Shown here: positions 24,981-37,672 of the stretch, piece after piece
Numbering within the stretch: the first letter of the stretch is position 1
Layout of the letters: each line of letters begins with the position of its first letter
NCBI GenBank assembly: GCA_001724265.1
Contig: MEDY01000267.1
Location: 1 to 42,369 of the forward strand
From: Rhizaria sp. SCN 62-66
Taxonomy: Eukaryota
Direction of reading: 5' to 3'
DNA length: 42,369 bases
Notes under the pieces: generated by a model
What the model was told of the DNA's origin: nothing
The model's database searches: none
What the model saw: the letters and a program-made list of their open reading frames with translations, nothing else
Position numbers and translations under genes: made by a program

Positions 24981-26190
24981 TCACTTCGCAGCCCCTTGTT
25001 GCTTTGAGACCCCGCCGGTGAGCGCAGCGCGCGCCTCGCCGGCCAGCTCCCGCCGCAGGTCGTCGAGCCCCGTGGCGATGACCTTGACGCGGGCTGCCGC
25101 GCGGCCCGCAGCCTCAGCGGCCTGTGCGCGCTTTAAGTTAAGCCGCTCTGTCTGGGCCGCGCAGTGGGCAATGCCCTCGGGGACGGTGAACTGGGCCCAG
25201 AAGCCCAGGCCGATCTCGATCGTGATCTGTGCAGGGGCAGCGATGAGCACACAATTAGTCGCAAACGAGCGACAGCGTACAAGATAGCGAAAATCAAGAC
25301 AATGAGAGAACAAATGGAGTGAGACACTAATATCTATCTTTAAATTAACGTTGAAAACGCATATATCTCAATATGTGTTGCTAAGTCGTCGTCGGAAACT
25401 CGTGGCATATGATTATAGCAACATAAGATAAGAGCAGCTGACGTACGAGACGGGGGTCGGGGACGACCGCGTCGACGAAGAAGCCGTTACCGAGGTCAAC
25501 CATAGTCTCCAGCGGACGCGGCAACGCTGGAACACCCTCAGCACCCGCACGCGCAGACTGGGAGGCGGTGTGAGCCCCGCTGTTGGCGCTATGAGTGTTG
25601 GTGTGGTCTGGGTTAGTGAGCGCGAGGGTGGAGAGTGTGCGGAGCAGCTCCTCCCAGTGACCCAGCTCGGCCGTCACGGCCGCCAGCGCGGCGGAAGTGG
25701 CCGCCACGGCGGGCTGCAGTGAGCGCGAAAGCAGCTCTTCCAGGCGAGATAGCTGCTGCGCGCGCTGAGCCAGAGAAGCAGTCGCAGAAGCAGCAGTCGA
25801 AGCAGCGGTCGCAGGCGTCGCAGACTTCGTTGTCGCTGTCGTATTCACAGCCGCAGTAGCAGGTTTAGCAGCGATAGCAGCCGCGGCAGTAGTAGCGCTC
25901 GCATGGCGAGGAGTCGGGACAACAGGGGTTGAGGCAGACGCAGCGGAGGCAGACGCGGGGTTTGCTTTAGTAGGGGTCTGCGGCTTCGAAGGAGATGCAG
26001 TCGTCATGGCAGGCTTTACACTGGAAGCGGGAGTCTTGCTCGAGTCAGTCTGGCGAGGGGCATTAACCGCGGTAGCAGCAGAAGTTGGGGAGCGCTGTGG
26101 TGGCCGCTGGGGACCCTGGTAGCGCGCAGGCTTGATGCCCGCGGAGGCTGCGGCGTCGTCGAGACTGGACGAGGCGGATGTGAAGTCCAT
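24981..26190 (-). CDS. UXT: UXT-like alpha-type prefoldin subunit with a long Ala/Thr/Ser/Pro-rich N-terminal extension, about 329 aa, 2 exons
   Basis: Exons 26190-25447 and 25226-24981 (donor GTACGT). The joined core LETMVDLGNGFFVDAVVPDPRL/ITIEIGLGFWAQFTVPEGIAH...VKVIATGLDDLR matches the UXT beta-hairpin signature. Stop TGA. Confidence 0.85.
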
Positions 26191-27934
26191 CGAGATTAAA
26201 GCGATAGAACGCAACTGCAAGAGATACTAAAAGCAGAACGAAAAGGATGCTTACGATTCTTTTTGTTCGTTGACTTATAGAGCGCTTGTCGATGCTTGTG
26301 CCGAGATTTCACTCTTTTCCGAAAGCATCATGTCGACTTCTCCGCAAGAGACTCTACAAACTGGCCATCCGCTGCCAGTGGTTGTGGTGCGCTGTGACGG
26401 TTACAGCGAGGTAACAACTTGAATATGATGATGGAGGTTATACATATGAATTTTGTGATATATTGTATTAATGGACTGTTGTGGTTTATAACTGTACAGT
26501 TAAACTTAAACAAGCCGAACCTGCTGTTATATCTCTTGTGTTAGAAAACTGACTGTCACTTAAAAGTTGCATGAATCAACTCTACTAAAAACATCTGGCA
26601 ACTATAGCAAGCAGGGGAAAAAGCAGTGGGATAGGCATAAGCTGACATGTTCTGAACAAATCAAATCGCATTTGTATGAAATACATCGAAATTATTCAAG
26701 TAACGTTTTCGAAAATGGGGTTTCCTTGTGACTACTGTCACTAAAGCACAACCTAGAGCGTACGCATGCCCAGCTAGAGCCCGTGGCTACTTAACTTCGA
26801 ACACCAGAGAGGGTCACTGGTTCTTTCGCCACGGAGACTAATGGTTTGAAAAAAGTTCTCACTTTTGTTATCAATGCAATGCAATATTCAGAACAAATTG
26901 TACCAGTACTGTACGTTGGGTCGTGAACTGTGATGCTTCTTGGTTAATTCTTGTTTCGTTGTTGTCACGGTGACAATTTTTATTAACGGGAGTACTATTA
27001 AACTATCAATATGCCACACACATGCATAATTATACAACTTTCATCCTCTTTGTTATGTTGCGTTGTTTTGTTGCGAGTAATCACTCTAAGTGCGATACAA
27101 AGCAGTAACGCAAAATGCATGATAACCCAACATTAGAAACCGTATTCACTTAAAACAAAGTGTACTCTAATCACTAGTGCACTTCAATAAAGAAAACTCC
27201 CAGTCCGAGACATAAAAAAAAGGAAGAAGGGTAGAAATTTAACGTAAAGCTGGCGCAAAGAATAGCAGCAATTGGGACGTCGGCGAAGATGATGATGATG
27301 AAAATGACATGATGTGAAATGTTGACGACAAAAAGGAACGGGGCAACGAATATGTTGACAAAGTTGACAAAATATTAGGCCGAATCAGAACAAGCAGCAA
27401 TCAAATGACAAAAAAGCAACATGAAAAGAAAATCACATGAAGACAACAAAAAAGGGCGATGTGGTCATGGTATGATGCGATGCGCGTGCATACAGTGGGA
27501 CAGAGATGCTGTCCCAGTAACTGACAAAGTGGGCGCTGGTGATCATCGTATTAGTAAACTACAGCACGAGTGAGTGCACTGCAAAACAAAGAGTATGAAG
27601 GCTGAGTATTTGTTCAGTCAACAATCGCGTTTAAATTATACCGTTTGATTAAAAACAAAACAAACCGCAAGCAATCAAAAATGGAACACGAGCAACGCAC
27701 ATCAGATATAATAAAAACAATACCACACTGCCCAACAGGTAAGTAAAAACACAAACAACAGCAACACGACTCGCTGACGCGACACAAGCAAGACCTCCAC
27801 AGTCATCTTACAAAGGTCATCCTTAGTGGTTTACGGAACTTCCAATGTCACACGACGCACTCGCGCTTCTCAAGCCGGTGCAGCGGCAAACGAGCCGCGT
27901 GACCATAGTGCATTGCCTTAGCGCGCATGTGCGC

Positions 27935-29202
27935 TTAGTCACAACAGCCGAAGAAGCCCTTGAGCACCGCGCGTTCCTCGACGGGCTTCGGGACCGTCTT
28001 GAACACGGCGACGATGTCCTCGCGCTCAGCCTCCTCCGCGATCTCCATCGGGCTCTCCCCGGCGTCGTTGCGTGCGTAGGGGTTCGCGCCGGCCTTGACG
28101 AGGAGCTGGCAGCACTCGAGGCTGCCCGCGCGCGCGGCCGAGTGCAGCGGTGTGGCGCGCGAGGGCGGCCGCTCCGTGGCCGCGACGTCGGCGCCGTGCG
28201 CGATGAGCAGCGAGAGCACGTCCGGTACAGAATACGAGGCCGCCTTGTGCAGCGCCGTCCCGCCGCTGTACCGCTCGGTCTGGTTCGGCTGCGAAGCGGC
28301 GAGGGCGGCGTCAAGACGGACAAAAAAAAACAGTTTGTCATTATGAATGAGATGAGCATGGCAAATGTGGAAATACTATATATCGCTGTGTTAGAGCACA
28401 AAGCATCGAGTCGTATAATGAACACAACAAGATATAGTACATCCAAGTTTTGCTTTCAAATGCTAGCACTAAAACGAGATACACGCAATGTTCGACGATT
28501 CCGCGCGAGGTAGCGAGGCAACGTACGTTGGCTTTGTTCTTGAGGAGGTACTCCACAACGGGGGTGCGGCCACGGTAGGTGGCGCCAATAAGGGGCGTGT
28601 GTGAGTTGACGTCGAGACAGTTGATTGAGATGCCGAGGGCAAGTAGTTCCTTCACCTACAGGAATATAAATAAACACAAGTTGACAGAGCGACAAGAGCA
28701 GAAGAGCCGTTAGAGACAGCAAGTGAGTGGATATCGGCAGGATTGAGACTTGATAGCGCAATACAAAAGGAGCTAGTGTAGCAGCAGTGTAATAGTACTA
28801 TATCTCGGAATTAAGCTTAACATGCCCAATATTAAGAGATATGCATGTCTGGGGCGTAGCAGAAAGATGTGTGAAACGTGTGTACGTACACGCTCGAGCT
28901 CGCCCGCCTTGCAGGCGTTAACAAGAGCCGTCTCGCGCGTAAAACCGTCGATGTATGTCTCCTCGTTAAACCTGCACGTGCGAATACAGCATCGGGTGTG
29001 GCCACACGGAGAAATAGAGCAATGTGAGGAGTGAGACGGGACAGCTAAGGAGAATGACAGAGAAACGAAATTAGGGAGTCTGAAAGCGATCAAGGATATA
29101 ACCATGCGGAAAACAACAAGCGCGTAATACGGACCTGTCCTTAGAGCCGGTAGTCTCCTTAGTGACAATAGCGGGCCGAGCCGCGTCGACAGAGGTGGCC
29201 AT
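27935..29202 (-). CDS. Small ankyrin-repeat protein with C-terminal di-cysteine motif, about 210 aa, 4 exons
   Basis: Exons 29202-29135, 28971-28890, 28655-28527 and 28288-27935 join in frame. Ankyrin units TALVNACKAG, TPLIGATYRG...LLKNKANP, TALHKAA...LLIAHGADV and TPLHSAARAG...LLVKAGANP. Ends GFFGCCD-TAA. Confidence 0.88.
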
Positions 29203-29972
29203 GCTGTGGGGTCGAGCTGTGGAGGGTGGTGATGAGTGGGGGGCTTGGAAAGAGAGTGTAACGGGGCAAGACGTCTGCCTGTGTGGCGCTATAAAGTACG
29301 AGTGCAAATTTAGAAATAAGAAAATGTAAGCAAAAAAACGTCAAATTCACACGCAGCACTGCGTTAGGCGGACAATATAACGCGCGCTTGGTGTCACAAG
29401 AACTTCGACTTCCCCTGTCCGATTTAGTCGGAGTCTCCACCCGGCACCACTTCGGCTTGGCAAGGCTTTTTAAGTGAAGTTGTATGCTACAATTTCATCG
29501 TCGGTGACTATGGCTGACTTCTATAATGCCTAATGCGTGTGATTTTAGTTAGCTATTATATATTTCATCTTAGAAATGCGAACACCACGGAAATTCGTTG
29601 TCTCCTTCATCCTCCTTCCGCACTGACTCACACAATCTCTCACATGCGACTCTCTCGACCTCATTTTCGTTTGCTGATAAGGCGTCGAAAATGAAAGACT
29701 TGTTGTGTATCTGATAGCGAGATAAATTCTGAATTTGCCGCCAAAACCTGCATTGTGACACCCGCTCGTCGCTGCTAATCACAGTTTGAATCCCTGAAGA
29801 TATCGTGCGTGGGTCGATGGTTACTTGAAGTTGTTTTGTATTCGTGTTATTTCCGTCCATGTATGTATTAAATTATGTATTCGTCATTAGTCATGTGACA
29901 CTCCGGTCACAAACAATTATCCCACAATAAACAAAGTGGACTCTGCAAAGCTCAGGATACTGGTATACTTAA

Positions 29973-32900
29973 TCACTGGTGCGGCCCCCGCGGCAGCTGC
30001 TGCTGCTGTTGTTGATAGTGTTGCTGCTGCTGGTACTGCTGCTGCGGCCTGTTGCCACCGCCCCCGAACTGCTGCGGGCCCTGGCCCTGAGGGTAGTTGT
30101 ATCCATGTTGCTGATGTTGGTGCTGGTTCTGCTGAGACCCTTGGTGCGCGTAGCCGTGCTGCTGGTACCCGCGCTGCTGCCCCACAAACTGCTGATACTG
30201 CTGATGTTGCTACTGGTACTGCTGCTGCGGGTACTGCTGCTGCTGCTGCTGCTGTTGCTGCTGTTGCGAGCCGGGCACCGCCTGCATGGCGCGGCCCTTG
30301 CGCGCGCCCTTGAGCTGCTCCGCCGTCGGCGCGGGCAGCCCCAGCAGCTCGTGGTGCGTCTTGAGAGGGCCCAGCTCGCCCGACTGCGACAGCTGCTCGA
30401 TGGCGCTCTTAAGCGCGGGCATAAACAACTGAGGGGGGAAATAGGTTCAAAGCAAGAGATCAAAGGAAAAAAGATCGCACAGTGTTAGCGATAAAAGCTC
30501 ATTGAAAATAAAAGATTGGTAGGTTCATACAAAACAATGAGAGACAATATTATGATGAAATCACATGTGAAAGAAAGTGAACGCGAAATATGACATGACA
30601 GCAAACGTACCGAAGCGTGGACCCTGGCGACGGCGGCCAGCTGCGCCTTGTTCATGCGCAGCATGACGTCCACGGCCGCGGCCGCCGTCGCCGCCGCGGC
30701 CGCAGCGCCCGCGGGCGTGTCGGCGGCGGAGCTGGTGCTGGGGGACTTGACGAGCGCGAGCAGCAGGTCGGAGAGGTACTGCACCTGGCACGCCTCGGCC
30801 AGCGCGCCGCGCCGGGACAGCGCCTGCGACACCACGCTCAGCGCCAGCCCCGCCGTCACGCCGCCGTTCGCGGCGCTGAGCGAGAGGCTCGTCGCGTTCG
30901 GCAGCGCGCTGGCGCCGCCCGCCGCCGCGGCCGCAGCGGACGCGTCGGCAGCCGCGCGAGCGGCGTTGTTGTCGGGCGCGTTGAGCGCGAGGTTCGTGAG
31001 CAGGAACAGCGCCGGCGGGGCGGGCTGCGCGCGCGCCATCGCGAGCAGCACGGCGGGCAGCCCGGTGACGGCGACGCGGCCGCTGCTGACGACGAGCGTG
31101 CGCAGCTTGTCGGCCACGAGCGCGGGCGCGGCAGCGGCGACGGGCAGCGCCGCGAGCAGCTCCGTCACCTCGAGCGCCGACACGCGCGGCGGTGTGATTG
31201 TGTCGAGCACGCGCGCGAGGGCCAGCTCCCACACGCGGCCCGCGAGCGCCAGCAGCGCGGGGAGCTGCTCCGCGAGCTCCTGCTTGGAGAATGTCGGCAG
31301 CAGCGGCAGCAGGTAGCGCACCTCAGTGCCGCCCGAGCGCGCCAGCAGCGCGCGCGCCGTGCGCTGGAAGGGCGCCGACTGCAGCGTGGCCAACACAGCC
31401 TCGCGCGCCTTGGCCAGCGCCGCCGTCTGCGCCTGCAGCCCGGCCTCGGGCGTCGCGGCGGCCGCGTTGGCGGCCTCGGCAGCGGCAATGTCCTGCGCAG
31501 ACACCTGCGTGAGCTGGTCCAGCAGCTGCAGCACGGCCGGCTGCGCCGCGGGCGGGCTCTGCTCCAGCGCCAGCAGCAGGTCCGCGCTCGCCGCCACGGG
31601 CTCCACGCGCAGCATGGTGTGGATCGCGTCGCGCACCCACTGGTGCGGCGTCACGGCGTACGCGCGCAGCAGCAGCGCCACAGCCGCGGGCGCCGCGCGT
31701 GCCGCCGCGAAGCCCAGCCGCAGCACGCGCGCCGCCTCGGACTCGCGCGCGCGCCGCAGCGCGTCGACCGAGTCCAGGAACGCCTCGGCGCGGCGTGCAA
31801 GCCGCAGCTGCGCGCCCAGGTCGCCGGCGGCGAGCAGGGCCGCGTCGGCCTTGTCCTCCTCGTCCTCGGGCTCGTCGCCGTCCTTCGCCTCGGCATCCGG
31901 CGCGCTCGCATGCACGCTAGATGTGGTCAGGTCGAGGGCGGCGACGATGTCGGCCACGGAGCGCGAGCCGCCGGAACTGCTGCTGCCGCTGCTCGACGAG
32001 CCGTCGTTCAGGAGCACGGTGCCCGAGGCAGCATCGCCCGCGGTCGAGGCCAAGCTGACGCCGAGAACACCTGTCTGGCCGCCCTGCTGCCTGCGCAGCG
32101 AGGCCACGCGCGAGCGCAGCTCGCCCGCAACGGCGCGCGAGGGCCGCGGCAGCGCGCCGCAGCCGCGAGGGAAGAGCGGGTCCGCAAGCGCGGCGAGGCG
32201 CGCGGCGACGAAGGCCAGCGCGCGCGGGCGCACTGCGCGCAGGGCCAGGACGTCGCGCAGCAGCGCAAGCGCGCGCTGGGCCTGGTCGTGTTGGCGGGAG
32301 AGGCACTGCGCGAGCACGAGCAGCAGCGCGGGAGCGCGGGCTGCGGGGCGACGCGCGATGAGCGTGTGCAGCGCGACGAAGCCGACCTCGCAAGCGGGCG
32401 AAGGCGAGGCCCACAGAGCGGCGAGGTACGCCATGACGCTGTGCGTGATCACGGGCGCGCCAGTGAGCACCGCACGCAGGGCGGGCTGGTCGAAGCCTGC
32501 GGACGGGAGCCCGCCGGCTCTGACCGCTGAGGCGGAAGTCAGGTTGGCGTCGCCAGTGGAAGTTAAGCCGCGGATGAGGGTGAGCAAGTGAGAGTCGTAC
32601 ATCGGCAGCAGAGACGAACAAGACGTCACAGCATTCGCACTCGAGCTCGGACTCGTCGCACTGTCCGTCATCGCGTTCAAATCACGCGCGTCACTGGCGT
32701 TACTGGCGTTGATGTGGTGGCAGAGCGAGAGCGCGCGCCAGTGCGCCTCGACAACGTTCACGGGGGGCGCGGCCACGCGCGCGGGCGCGGCTGCCGCGGC
32801 GTCAGCTTCGGTCATGATCGCGGCCGACGCCGCCGCGCCCGCGGCCGCAGCGGCGTCGGCGGTCGCGCCCTGCTTGAGCGCGACAGCGCTGGCGCCGGAC

Positions 32901-35900
32901 GCAGCGGCCTCGGCCTTGGCCACCGCGGTCGCGTACAGCGCCGCCGCGGCCTCGGCCGTCGCCACAGCGTCCGCGCGGGCCTGCAGGTACGCGCGCGTGG
33001 CCGCGGCGGCGGCGGCCACGGCGGCCCCGCGCGCGCTCTCCGCCGCTGGCGACCGAGCGAGCGAGGGCCAGGGCGCGCGCTCGCCGGGCAGCAGCACGGT
33101 GGCGGCCTCGGCGGCGCCCTCCAGACCGAGGGCGTAGAGCATCGAAGGGACGTCCACGGTCGACGCCGCAACCGCGCTAACCGCCGAAGCACTGCGACGG
33201 CTCGATGCAACAAGACTATTATCACTGCTCGTCTCAGCATCGGTGCTATTGTTGTTGAGGGCAGCGAGGGCGATGGCAGAGAGCTGCTGCTCGTCGGTCA
33301 ACGGCGCGGGGGCGGCGGCAGCCGCGTTTTCGGCAGCAGCAGCACCGGTGGCGTCAGTCAGCGCGTCCGGCTCCGAGACAGAGCCAGGGGCGCAGCGCTC
33401 GTGACGGTACAGAGTCTGTTGTTTGCAAGGCAAAACCGAAAAAGGAAATAAACAATGAGCCATTGCGATGTGAGACATTGGTCGACCATCAAAAAGATTG
33501 ATTAAATCGATGATATAAAGAAATTACGCATTCTGTTATCGTGAACACTCTCATAAACTGTGACGTACGTGCAGCCACAGGAGCGCGAAGGAGGCGCACT
33601 CGCCGGGGCTGAGCACCGCGGCCGGGCTGCCGTACGCGGCCGCCGTGAAGGCGTCGAGGATGCCGCGCAGCAGCGCGTCGGGGCGGATGAGCCGCGCCTG
33701 GCCCCACGCCAGCGGTCGCAGCCGCGCCAGCCACTTCGGCCCCGCGTCCGCGAGCCCGCCGCTGCTCTGGGCGAGAAGCGTCGCGCGGTCAACGCCCGCA
33801 GCCGCAGTGCCGCTCTCGGTCAGCGCCGTCGTCGTCGGCGCAGGCGCGGTCGCGGTCGCAGCAGGGCGCGAGCGCTTGGTAGCGCTATTCTCGCTCGCGC
33901 CGCCACGACGCTTGCGAGTCGACGCGCTGCTGTCGTCACCGGTGTCGGTGCTGTCATTGGCGTCGTCGTGGCAGAGAGTGATCGTGGCGGGTGCGGGGCG
34001 CGGGGCGTCAGCGAAGCCGTCCTGCCGGACGCCGAGCGGGAGCCAGTGCGCCGCGAGCTTGGTCACCAGATGCAGCCGGAACGCGGTGGCGCCGGACCGC
34101 GCCGCCAGCGCCTCAGTGCGCGCGGCGAGCACGCGCGTCAGTGCGGCACGCGCGAGAGCCAGCGCGCGCCGCGGCGGCAGCGCGGCCGACAGCGGCAGCG
34201 CGGGCACCGTGTCGAAGGCCACGACGGCGACCGCGGCGGCCGTCGCGGCGCGGCGGCGGCGGTCCTCTGCGGCGGGGCTGGGCAGCTCCGCGAGCAGCCG
34301 CAGCAGCAGCGGACTGACGCGCGCGGCGCCCGCGCCCGGGGTGTCTGGCGGCAGCGCGTGCGCCGGCAGCGGCTCCGTGCGCGCGGCCGCCGAGGCGCGG
34401 ACAAGGCGCGCGAGCGGGCGCTGCAGCAGGCGCAGCGCCAGGTCACCAGCGTCGGCGCGCCGCAGCAGCTGCGCCTGGAACTGCGCCAGATTCGGGTCCA
34501 GAATGTCGCGGATATGGCGCAGTGTGTGGATCGCGCGCGTGCGGCGGCCGCGGTCGTCCTCGCCCGGCAGGTACGCTTCGGAGACCGGCAGCACGCCCGC
34601 GGCGGGCAGGCGCGGGGCCAGCTTCAGCGCGCCGAGCGCGGCGTGCAACGCCTTGCTCACGCGTGCAGCCTTAAATAGTGTCGAGAGCAAACAAGATAGA
34701 AGAAACACGCCAGATTGTGAGAGAAGTGCATTAAATAATCAAAAACGGCCCATATTAATAATACATTAGTAGTTCTGGGAGAAACATCTCACAGATTCAT
34801 GGAATCAGTTCACAAGATGAGGTTTTGTGTACATCTTCTTGTGTGACGCACCTGGAAGACCGAGAGACGAGCAGGAGAGGAGCGCGCGAGCAGCAGCAGC
34901 GCGGGCAGCAGCAGCTCGCAGTACCGCGGGCGCGCCATCATCACGCGCGCCGCGGCCGCAAGTGCAGCACCGTAGGTCTCGGCCGTAGCGGGCGCGACGG
35001 GGCTTCCGGCCAGAGCGGCCGCGCGGACCGCGGCGGCGGCGGGCGGCAGCGGCGCGTCGAGCGTAGCGCCGATGGCTGCGGCGGCGAGCGTGGCCAGCCA
35101 CGCGCCCTCGGCCGCGTTGGCGGGGCCCTCGGGGCTCGCCCACAGGTCGCGCAAAGAGAATGTCGACGCGGACGGCAGCGCGCCCTAGACCGACAAGAGT
35201 GGAAAACAGTTAAGGCGAGAGCAGTATCAAAGAACGAGATGTGAGACATCGTGTGAATGATGTTGATAGTTGCACAAAAAAGCACATAAATATTCAACAA
35301 ATAAATAAAATACAAAAATACAACAAATGTGCATCTTGGCGAAAGATGTCAAATGTCACGTACCTGTGCAGCAAGCTGCAAGTATTGCGCGCCCACGTCG
35401 CGGCCCGCGGCAGCGGCGTCTGCGTCGTACTTCTCCGGGTCGTCCAGCTCGCCCTCCGCGGGCACGTCCGCGCCCTGCAGCGTGCCCACGCCGCCGTCGT
35501 CGTACGCGGCCAAGCCGGTCGCGCCAGAGGCTGAGCCGGCGCCGTCGCCGTCGCCGTCGCCGCCGCTGTGCGTCTCATCGAGCCCCGTGGCCGTCCAGCG
35601 CTGCCATGCGCCCCACGCGAGCGCACCCGCGGCGACGGAGCGCGCCTGCGTGGGCTTGCGCCACATCGCCACGTCCTCCGGCTTGTTGGCCGTGCCAAGA
35701 CGGTGCTCCGCCAGGGCCGCGTGCAGCAGAGCGCTGTCGCCGGCGCGCGCGTCGCCCAGAGCGAGCACGGCCATTTCGAGCAGCTTGAGCGCGGCGGCGC
35801 GCGCGGCCTCGCCGCCGGGCGCCGCGGCGACGCGAACGGCCGCCATGATCAGCGAGGAAACGCCGGTCCACAGCGCGGGGCCGGGGCCGTGGAGCCACTG

Positions 35901-36785
35901 TGGCGACGCGGCGGCCGCGGCGGCCGCGGCGGCTTCCGCGCGCGCGCGGACGCGGGCCTCGGGGGGGAACTCGCCGTCGAACTCGTGGGTGACGCTGTCG
36001 TCCGCCTCGCGGCTGTTATCGTCCGTCATCGCAGCAGAGCCCGTGGTGGGAGAGAATCCCTGCCCGCGGTCGCTGCGGTCGGAGCGCGAGGCGAAGAAGA
36101 GCCTGCGCGCGCGGCGCGCGCGGCGGAGCCTCGCGGCGGCGGCGGCGGAGCCGGAAAGCTGCGCGACGGCGCACAGCGCGGGCCGCAACAGGTGCACCGC
36201 GGTGCGGAGCACGCGCCGCACGAGCAGCGAGTCGCCCGCGTCCGAGACTAGGAAGGCCGCCAGCGCGGGGAACACCACGGGCAGCAGGCGCGCGCCGTGC
36301 CGCGGGTCCACGGCGGCGCGCTCGAAGAAGAGCACCAGCGCCGTCCGGACGAGGCTGTCGCCGGCTGCGAATAATGTGCCTGCGGCGCCAGCGGCTCCAG
36401 CGGCGAAGTCTGCGCCCGCGGACTTGTCCTGCGCAACGGGGTTAAAGAGCGGCGAGGTGGTCGGCGAGGCGAGGTAGGCGAGCGCGTCGACGGCGTCAGG
36501 CGCGGTGGGCAACAGCACGTACATCTGCTGGATTGCCACGAGCTGGTGCGCCTGCGTCGGCGCCGCCAACAGCGTCTCGATGAGGCCAGAAAGCGTCGAT
36601 GGAACCATAGCGGCCGCAGACGATGACGCGGAGGCAGCGTCTGCGCCGCCCGCGGCGGCGGAGGCGGCGCCAGAGGCGGCCGCGCGACGGGGATCCACGC
36701 TAACACCACTGGCGCCAGGAGCTGAGGCGCCGGCGGCCGCGGCAGCGCGCGCGCGGGGATCCGCGGGGTTGCGGCGCGGGTCCAT
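29973..36785 (-). CDS. SYMPK: Symplekin/Pta1-like 3'-end processing scaffold, expanded with Ala-rich insertions and a Q/Y/G-rich tail; about 2038 aa, 5 exons, one in-frame TAG
   Basis: Exons 36785-35364, 35184-34852, 34669-33569, 33415-30611 and 30428-29973 join in phase 0. Symplekin-like motifs: ALKLLEMAVLAL, ALLWLHTLY, GFVALHTLIARRP, EVRYLLPLLPTFSKQELAEQLPALLAL, MLRMNKAQLAAV. The last exon has TAG at 30212-30210 inside a poly-Q tract and ends TGA at 29975-29973. Confidence 0.75.
30210..30212 (-). other. In-frame TAG in the symplekin tail, predicted Gln
   Basis: The minus-strand 18-mer CCGCAGCAGCAGTACCAG occurs twice (30230-30213 and 30047-30030). TAG follows the first copy and CAG follows the second. 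Confidence 0.78.
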
Positions 36786-37672
36786 GGCGAGTGTGTCCTT
36801 GACTGGTGTGGAGACAACGCCTGGAGGGCGTGTTCTCAGTGAAGAACGGGTGAACGGAAGAAGAACAACGTCAAGCGAGGGACGGCGAGTGTGTCTTCAG
36901 TCTGGAGTCGGTTGTCGATCTACACGTGGAACAAGCGCAAACGTTCGTTAAACAAAAATAAAATATAAATAATAGATATTAAACTCACTATTCTATATCA
37001 GGCACAAGATCGCATTTAAAAACAATGAGCATCCATCGCAATCCACCAGTTCAAAGTTGACTTACTTCCCCTGGCAGGATTGACTCGTTGGCCGCTGGAC
37101 CGGCTTCTCTAGCTGCGGTGGGTCAACGTTACGATGTTCAGGAATGACTTTGCTGATGCAGTGTAGCATCGCGATAAAGTCATGTGAGGGTAGCATTAAG
37201 ATGAAAAGAAGTTATGTTTACAACGAACTACATATTTATTTTGTCATCATTCATAACTAACAACAAAAATGCCCTCTAGTAATTGTCTCTGCGCAAATGT
37301 AGATAGACTGACCACCAGGAGCAAGAAAGACAACACAATTATGATTTCTTTTCTTTTCGACTAAAAAAATAGAACTACTACTATGATACTGTTACTGCTA
37401 TAGTACCCCAACACCACAACACAACGCAACTCAACGCAACGCTCTTGCCTTCAACACAAACACTCATGTGAAGCCACAGTGTGGCTCACTGAGAAAAGCA
37501 GCAGTGTACTACCGATAGTAGCATCGACACAACACGCCCGTCACAGTCTGGCTTTAGACTGCGAGCGGAAACACACCGTTACTGAACTTGATGTCCTTGT
37601 TGTTGCTCTTGTTTGTTACTGTTATCGTCGTTGTTGTTGTTGTGGTTGTTGCGATCCGCAATAGCTCACCTC

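Noticed and set aside
27157-27186. Hairpin around CTCTAAT as a possible CUA-anticodon suppressor tRNA
   Set aside because: No D arm, T arm (GTTCRA) or acceptor stem. No tRNA gene was found in this window.
2459-30212. Pyrrolysine, selenocysteine or ciliate-type UAR=Gln explanations
   Set aside because: The TAGs are in disordered Q-rich regions rather than active sites. No in-frame TGA or SECIS was seen. TAA ends conserved proteins (MAT, G-alpha, COMMD) at their expected C-termini.
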